A model generated the notes under the pieces. The model saw only the letters and a program-made list of their open reading frames with translations, did not search any database and had not been told where the DNA came from. A stretch of DNA of 53,909 nt, the filler included, from Squatina squatina (taxonomy: Eukaryota): the NCBI GenBank assembly GCA_031763465.1. It is 4 parts of 4 records of this genome, joined end to end, with 100 filler letters (N's around TTAATTAATTAA, not from the genome) between each part and the next. Parts side by side here need not be neighbours in the genome. Positions count along the whole stretch, not along the records: positions 41,353 to 53,909 come from JARFOE010000233.1; 3 more parts are not named here. One strand, written 5' to 3'. Position numbers and translations under genes: made by a program. Shown here in pieces: positions 47,478 to 53,909 of this stretch (position 1 is the stretch's first letter; each line of letters opens with the position of its first letter).

Positions 47478-47859
47478 CTCCTGCCTATAGATGTCCTTTG
47501 GATTCCCAGTTATGTATGATTCCAAAGAGTAAATGTTCCATATCCATGGTGCACTGAAATTTTGTGGTTGAGTTGATCATTTTAAGGTGACTGCAGAAGC
47601 TGCAGAGCAGAATAATAACCAATTTCATTCAAAAAACACATGGCCATGATCAAGGATACAGCACAGCCCCTGGATCTGGGACATATACAGTGTTAATAAA
47701 CAGCTTCTTAACTCTTTCAGTGCCTCTTTGCTTTGCAGCGAACAAAACCCCTTATCTGTTGCGTGCTATCTGAATAAGCAGTATCAACACGGCTATAATA
47801 TTCTTTATAACACAGCCTAATTAATATTCTTTAATTTAGTGGAAGTGAAGGGGGTAATT

Positions 47860-48341
47860 TAAGGGTAAATCATGGCCAGACAGCTCGGTTGTGTGGAATT
47901 CTCCTCCTGCGCAATGTGGGAAGTCAGGGACACTTCCAGTGTCCAGGGCAAACACATGCGCAGGAAGTGTCTCCAGCTGCAGCTACTGGAAGCCTGCATT
48001 TCAGAGCTGGAGCTGCAGCTGGAGTCTCTATGGATCATCCAAACGGCTGAGATCTTCGTGGATAGCACATTTAATGAGGTGGTCACACCACAGGTAAAGA
48101 GTACGCAGACAGAAAGGGAATGGGTGAACACCAGGCAGAGTAGAAGAGCTTGGCAGGTCGTGCAGGAGTCCCCTGGGTCCATTTCCCTCGCAAACAGATT
48201 TTCCGTTTTGGATACTGTTTGGGGAGATGGCTTCTCAGGAGAATGCAGCAAAAGCCAAGTGCTTGGCATCATGAGTGGCTCAGCTGCACAGGAGGGGAGG
48301 AAAAAGGATGGGAGAGCTATAGTGATAGGTGGTTCTATAGT
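47860..48341 (+). mobile_element. CR1 LINE ORF1 (zinc finger/leucine zipper to start of esterase domain), truncated by gap
   Basis: MARQLGCVEFSSCAMWE...KCLQLQLLEACISELELQLESLW...ISLANRFSVL...RAIVIGGSI shows the CR1 ORF1 hallmarks (zf/lz, LxNRFxxL, VIGDSI-like). Confidence 0.85.
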
Positions 48342-48441
48342 NNNNNNNNNNNNNNNNNNNNNNNNNNNNNNNNNNNNNNNNNNNNNNNNNNNNNNNNNNN
48401 NNNNNNNNNNNNNNNNNNNNNNNNNNNNNNNNNNNNNNNNN

Positions 48442-48792
48442 ACAGAGCCAATAGAAATCAAAAAGCAAGTTACCTGAAAGTTGTTGATGATCCCTTTAAA
48501 TAGCGCTGGTGGGGGTGTCCCTCCTGCAGCTGAACGCACATTCAGCTGTGCACACTTTGGGAGACATCCAAAATGGCAGGTCCTGTGTCAAATCAGCGTT
48601 GCATGCTGAATGACCTCACGATCTGCCTCATTTGCATTCTTCTGCTGAACGCAGGCAACAGTTGCAGTACCGACCTGCCCAAAATGGTGACCTCCGCGGC
48701 CCGTGTTGGAAGTGGCCAGGAGCAAGGCAGACACTATTTTTCTGCTGAAACCGGCCTTAAATGTCAGCGTTAAGAGTGGGAATTTCACAGTC
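48442..48792. mobile_element. Probable terminal segment of a non-autonomous DNA transposon
   Basis: GC-richer block ending gtgggaatttcacag, with internal hairpin motifs (cagctgaa...ttcagctg) similar to shark Harbinger-type element ends. Confidence 0.35.
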
Positions 48793-50239
48793 ATGTTTTT
48801 TTATTGTAAAGTTTTATAGTGCCTGCTTGATAGTCAGTTTCCAAACGTGTATCTGTCTGTCCCTAGTGGTGATGAATAATCAGGACAAGCAATGTATTTA
48901 ACTGCACAGCCATCACAGTCATCAACAACTAGCAGGAAATAATCAGCATCTTGATGCTGCACTGACAGTTTTCAATTTCTGTTTATTTTGTGTTGCATCT
49001 TTCAATGCAAACAAGGTCTTGTTTAAGTTTATAATTAGCGTTCAGTTATTGCACAAAGGAAACAACACAAGGAGACAAATCCAGAACATGGATATAAAGG
49101 TAAACTGGAATATGAAATAATCCTTAAATCTTTTCCAACTTGATGTACTTGAAGAACAAACTAGGCAATATGTACATAACTATCGATAATACTTTGACAT
49201 GGCAGATTTTTTTTTAAAGTGTTCCTTTAACTAAAACGAAAATTTTCACTGGATAACCGAATACAAAGAACTATTGAAATGCATACAAATTAATTACATT
49301 TCGTTGTGGAAATTATCAATAGCCAGCCAGCAACAGATAACAACAGCCAGCATTTAAAAATCAAGCATTCCCTCCTCAAGCAACAAAGAAGAAAAATCTG
49401 CCAGCCAGAATTAAATCCATTAACCTTAACAGTACAATAATTAACGCTGTTTGTCTCTGACTGTCCTTGAATATAAACTTGAGGAGCTACTAGCACAGCT
49501 GTGTAAGGAACAAAGTGGAAGCAGAAATCAATATGGTGCATCGGAAAATGCTTTTTCAGATCATTGCACAAACCTGAAGAAACATCATCTTAAATTGGGA
49601 GAGCAGAGTTTTAAGCTCCTGCCCGAATTCAAGGTGATAAAATGTAATGGCAAGCAGGTTTGGTTGTGTTGATGTGTCTGGAGATGAGATGCCAAGGCTA
49701 TTTCGTGCAGCTCTTTGCTTGCTTCCCCTCAGTGGAGGTGACGTGAGGCATACATTATCTGACTAGGACTGCTGTTAGGAAAGTGAAGTGACGGGCAGCG
49801 CTAATGAAAGGTCTGAAATGGAAGATAAAAGCACTGGTCTCCGCTGACTGCCTCCCTAATAACTGTTCCCTGCCACATTTACGCAAAATGGCAAAAAATA
49901 AATCAGCCTCCTATCTCAGTGCTTTGTTGCCTAGGCTTGCACGTCAAGTCTGCCATGACAACGGATGAAAAAGAGTACTGGAATTTAGATTTCACAAATG
50001 CTTTTTTTAATGGCTTTAAAAATAATTCTAACCAAATGTATTTGTTTTGNNNNNNNNNNNNNNNNNNNNNNNNNNNNNNNNNNNNNNNNNNNNNNNNNNN
50101 NNNNNNNNNNNNNNNNNNNNNNNNNNNNNNNNNNNNNNNNNNNNNNNNNAGTACAGCTCATTCCCACCAGGCTCAACACGAGAGAGCTGTGGGCTTTGCC
50201 CATATAGCCGACTTCCCCAGAATCCATTTGGTGCATTTA

Positions 50240-50550
50240 TACAGTGCTTTTAATGTAGTAAAATATCCCAAGGTACTTCACAGGAGCGTTAGCAAACAAA
50301 ATTTGACACCGAGCTACATAATGAAATATTAGGACAGATGACCAAAAGCTTGGTCAAAGAAGTAGGTTTTAAGGAGCATCTTAAAGGAGGAGTGAGAGAC
50401 TGAGAGGCAGAGAGGTTTAGGGAGGGAATTCCAGAGCTTAGGGCCTAGGCAGCTGAAGGCACAGCTGCCAATAGTGGAGTGATTAAAATTGGGGCAACAT
50501 AAAAGATCAGAATTGGATGAGCACAGAGATCTTGGAGGGTGGTAGGGCTG
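50240..50550 (-). mobile_element. L2-clade LINE 3' end
   Basis: QPYHPPRSLCSSNSDLLC...TIGSCAFSCLGPKLWNSLP...FKMLLKTYFFDQAF is the L2 ORF2 C-terminus. Confidence 0.88.
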
Positions 50551-50694
50551 CACCCTTACCTTAACACTGAACCGCTCACCTAAAGCCCACCATGACGCAT
50601 GGACATGAAGCCAGGAGGATGTAGCTTAATCATCCTTGGGACTTTCTCGATGTTCTGCCCATTTACTACCTCTAAAAAACACCACCAATACATA

Positions 50695-50770
50695 ATAAAA
50701 GCAGATAATGCTGGAAGCACTCAGCAGATCAGTTAACATTTCAGGTCAATAACCCTTCATCAGAACTTTT
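50695..50770 (-). mobile_element. Penelope-like element terminus
   Basis: aaaagcagataatgctggaagcactcagcag...agttaacatttcaggtcaataacccttcatcagaact, same family as the 31174 and 47401 copies. Confidence 0.6.
50731..50767 (-). ncRNA. Minimal type I hammerhead-ribozyme motif
   Basis: Minus strand reads AGTT-CTGATGA-A-GGGTT-ATT-GACCT-GAAA-TG-TT-AACT. It has both core boxes, stem I (AGTT/AACT) and stem II. The stem III CG has decayed to TG. Confidence 0.6.
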
Positions 50771-51489
50771 CATCCACCAACATAAAGATGGTGATTTTGG
50801 GACCAGTACGATTATTGGAGCCCGGTTGAGCAGGGTTAAAATCGGCCCTGAGGTTGCTGTAGCCCTTCAACTCCTTTCATATTTTAGTCTTCAGTTTATG
50901 CTTAAGCAGTGATGGATGACATGTTTGCTGGACATCACTCAGTGAATTAATTTTCACCAGGCTTCCCACACTGTTGACTTTGCGGCCATTCTTGACAAGG
51001 ACATTTTGACCAGATAGGACAAATTTCTCATTTTGTTCTTCTGCCCTTGGGCTTTGACATTTTATTTTGAAGAAGTAGTACGCCACAACAGGAAATGGAT
51101 TAGTTGGTTGGATTCATGAAAGCTATGGGGTAAACCTGTCCGTACTGCTCGATTTCACATCACTTTGATTTTGATATCTGCTTTAGTATTCATGCCCAAT
51201 ATCAACACTCTAAGCATCTCCAAATTGGCCATAATCTTCCTCGGGTCTTGATTGAGCAAGTGGTGCATCATTATGCAGACCGTTGGATGGAAGATGTGGA
51301 ACAAACTATTTTCAGTGGAAGATGGCTACCATTGGTACTCAAATGTCAAAACAACAAGCTGTACCAGCATGTGAGTCTATCCCTGCTGCCAAAGTATCTT
51401 CTACTCTATTTGCAGTTCCAGATTAACATGCTGAAGATAACATTGACTCCTCCTTCATTCTGTAAATTTTCTGGATTTATTAATTCTTC

Positions 51490-52219
51490 TTAAAAACAGA
51501 GATCTCAAAGGCTTGTAGGGCTGGAGGAGGTTACATATATAGGGAGGGGTAAGGCCACAGAAGCTTTTGAAAACAAGGATGAGGATTTCAAAATTGAGGC
51601 ATTGTCGGACTGGGAGCCAGTGTAAGTTGACAAGCACAGAGGTGATGTGTGAACAGGACTTGGAGCAAGCTAAGGCAAGGGCAGCTGAGGTTTGGACGAG
51701 GGTGGAAGATGAGAGGCCAACCAGGAAAGTATTGGAATAGTCAAGTCTAGAGGTAACAAAGGCATGGATGAGGTTTTCAGCAGCAGATAAGCTGAGGCAG
51801 GGGCAGAGTTGGGTGATATTACAGGGAGCGAAATGGACGATCTTAGTGATGAAGTGGATATGAGGTAGGAAGCTCAATTCGTGATCAAATATAACACCAA
51901 GGTTGCGAACAGACTTGGTCAGCTTCAGACAATTACCAGGGAGAGGGATGGAATCAGTGGCAAGAGAATGGAGTTTATGAAGACAGTGGCTTCAGTCTTC
52001 CCAATATTTAATTGGAGGAAATTTCTGCCCTTGCTGTGCTGGATATTGGACAAGCAGTCGAACAGTATAGAGACAATGGAGGGTTCGAGAGATGAGGAGG
52101 AGAGGTAGAGCTGGGTATCATCAGCGTATATGTGATGCTGTGTCATCGCATGTAGATGAGAAATTGGAGGAGGCCAAGGATAGAACCTTGGGGAACACCA
52201 GAGGTAACGATGCGGGAGC
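51490..52219 (-). mobile_element. L2-clade LINE ORF2 (reverse transcriptase C-terminal half)
   Basis: Reads HIYADDTQLYLS...NFLQLNIGKTEA and AAENLIHAFVTSRLDYSNTFLVGL...HITSVLVNLHWLPV. Frameshifted. Confidence 0.92.
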
Positions 52220-53756
52220 NNNNNNNNNNNNNNNNNNNNNNNNNNNNNNNNNNNNNNNNNNNNNNNNNNNNNNNNNNNNNNNNNNNNNNNNNNNNNNNNN
52301 NNNNNNNNNNNNNNNNNNNCAAATCTAGATTGTTAAAACGTAATCTTACTTTTTCTACTCCACTTTTCTACTGGAAATTTTGAAGTTAAAGCACCCTTTG
52401 GCCCCAGGAACGAGACTGAGACTTAGCTTATTCAGCCATCACTGAGTTGCAATGAAACCAGATATCCAACGAAAAGTTAAAATTCATTTTCCACCAGTTT
52501 CCATTTTTCATTCTTCTTTGTAATCATATAGCGTTTTAAAAACTGCAATATTTATTAATCAATTATCTGCAGGCCACTGCCAGTTAAATTAAATAAAGTA
52601 AAGTAAAGCAGCCTGAGATCTAATTCTTCTGATTTTTAGAAGCAAGATTTTCAGGAAATAAATTATTGCAATAAAGTGTAGCTGTATTTTAAACGGTAAA
52701 ATTACCAGAATGAAAATAGCCATCGGAATTCACAGGGGAAGAAATGTACTTCTTTCACTATTTCAAAATCGGCCTTTAAAAGACTCAGAGAAAAGTGATA
52801 CTACAGCTCTCATATGATGGGATGCCTGAGAGAAAGTGATAGGATACATCAACTACCATGATAATGTGTACATTTTAACTAACTTGCTGTTTGACTTGAA
52901 AGAGAATATCTTAGTAGCCACTCCTACGATTTACCCAAGTCCCAGAGAGACATGTGGCTTTAACACAACATGATTGAGGATCAGCAGGAGAGATCTCCGT
53001 AATGGAAAAACCCACAGCAACAAACCCTGTAAGAACTTAATCAGCAGAGACAAAGATCAAGGTTAGTTAACAATTATTTATTGTACTAATAGAAGACTTC
53101 AAGTGTAATGGTCATCAGCTTAAAAGCAAAGTGTATCCTTTATGAAGTCAAAGGTTACAAAGGGTAAACCAGTAAGGTTGTACAGCAAAATTATAACGGA
53201 ACTGCTTTAGGCAGGTTCTGTGAATGAAAACTGTAATCATTTTACATTGCCACTTTTGGATATTTTAAAAAAATACGCAGTGGGAATTGAATCATTTCCT
53301 TTTTCAGAACCAGTGCAGGAATCAAGCCCTCACACATCAAGTACGGCAAGGTTTTGCGCAGTTCAGAGCTCCTTCCAGATGCACACGACAATATGCCTTC
53401 ATTCCAGTCCATATAACTTTCTCCACTTCGACCCATGATGCTACTGATCTCCTTGAATGAGAAAGCGGTGTGAGATTGACTGCAAAGGGACTGAATATTG
53501 GGCCGGGAGTGAAACAGGCAGTTAATACTGCTTGCATTGCGCTGCCACCCAAGGCAAATTTCTCCCCCTGGGTACCATCATTAGTAGTGAATGAAACAGC
53601 CATACCATTTCAATTGGATACAAAAGGATAAATGAATATCACGTCTGAGCACAATTGCAAGAGATTACAAAATACATCTAAATTAAAATAAAAATGACTT
53701 GATCTTCTGGGGCCAACACATCAGTGAAAGTAAAGTGTGTTATCGGTGTCATGACC

Positions 53757-53909
53757 TATAGAATCATAGAATGGTTACAGCACAGAAGGAGGCTATTCGG
53801 CCTGCCAAGCCCATGCTGGCTCTCTGCAAGAGCACTTCAGCTAGTCCCACTCCCCTGTCCTTTCCCTGTAGCCCTGCAATTCTGTTCCTTCAGATACTTC
53901 TCCAATTCA
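53757..53909 (-). mobile_element. CR1 LINE 3' end
   Basis: tatagaatcatagaatggttacagcacagaaggaggctattcggc... is the reverse complement of a CR1 tail ending in (ATTCTATG)n, homologous to 13700-13852. Confidence 0.8.

Noticed and set aside
50150-50236. SSLVLS peptide resembling DHRS7 exon 2
   Set aside because: Lacks the TGASSGIG nucleotide-binding motif and splice context.

Overview
This is vertebrate genomic DNA, most likely from a cartilaginous fish (inferred from the repeat complement). It comes from a gappy draft assembly. The window is four blocks joined by artificial N44-TTAATTAATTAA-N44 linkers: A 1-13890, B 13991-26443, C 26544-41252, D 41353-53909. Block A is AT-rich, has no recognisable exon, and holds enhancer-like stretches and Harbinger, CR1 and SINE fossils. 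Block B carries four spectrin-repeat exons of SPTBN5 on the minus strand, one with an in-frame TAG, plus a ~3.5 kb array of 33-bp units. That array explains nearly all the long ORFs in the track. Block C carries six intact GUCY1B2 exons (minus strand) and, facing them, the first coding exon of a CCDC195-like gene that may be an unrecognised paralog. Block D has one clear DHRS7 exon among L2, CR1 and Penelope fragments. Several Penelope-like termini keep minimal hammerhead-ribozyme motifs. Many expected exons are missing and presumably lie in the 100-N gaps. Gene names rest on my recall of the human proteins, not on a database search. I found no convincing wholly new biological system. The best leads are the CCDC195-like gene, the SPTBN5 stop codon, the hammerhead motifs and the higher-order structure of the array.
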